From contig OZ210885.1 of assembly GCA_964658305.1 (NCBI GenBank), positions 16,058,001 to 16,122,000 on the forward strand: DNA of 64,000 bases, given 5' to 3'. The position numbers were made by a program, and so were the translations under genes. Every line of letters starts with the position of its first letter. The stretch's first letter is position 1. This DNA is from Leptogorgia sarmentosa (taxonomy: Eukaryota). The notes below the pieces were generated by a model, which did no database searches, had not been told where the DNA came from, and worked only from the letters and a program-made list of their open reading frames with translations. Of this stretch, positions 63,651-64,000 are shown piece after piece.

Positions 63651-64000
63651 AGTATGCTCTATCATATTCTGTAAAGTAAGTGATGAAAACATAAATGACA
63701 AACAAGAATATTATTCCCATAGATATTAGTTCCATAGATTCCATACATATATATATAGTGTAACAATGAAATGAATGTATCCAACGATAAACCGTATATG
63801 GTAATGAATGTAAAATGTAACTTTATATATCCCAAAATATATTAGCATGTAATCTCATATATATAGACGTAGTTTGTTATGTAAAAGATCAGAGTGAAAT
63901 AAAACTGTAAAACACTAAACGTTGTTGTGTTGCAGTGGTTAGGTTGTGTTTAGTCATAAGGGTGGCAAATGGCTGCCCACCAAAACCCAACACGGACCAC

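Overview
This is eukaryotic (metazoan, by inference probably cnidarian) repeat-dense DNA with no intact host gene. It reads as a decayed, minus-strand spliceosomal snRNA gene cluster (one U1 and three U2 genes) colonised by sequence-specific non-LTR retrotransposons. Four Tx1-clade copies sit at the same U2 position (nt 22-26, TAAGA junction or duplication). One RLE-type Utopia-like element sits at U2 nt 38 of a gene that also carries a Tx1 copy. A fifth, different Tx1 element abuts the 5' end of U1. Nested inside these are a short-LTR Gypsy, two CR1/L2-group LINEs, a Tc1 and a hAT remnant, plus a 22-kb Zator-like element. The Zator-like element carries a SAM-domain gene, two complete Kolobok elements (THAP-DDE transposase plus KolX), a satellite-bearing Merlin-like foldback element and a hAT MITE. 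A Mutator-like MITE lies in a U2 upstream region and a BEL/Pao fragment ends the window. Most interesting are the doubly invaded U2 gene, AUUGCAC (U1A/U2B''-type) hairpins at the 3' ends of the snRNA-targeting Tx1 elements, hairpin arrays in their 5' UTRs, and the multi-gene Zator-like element. Family assignments come from motif recognition by eye, not from database searches.
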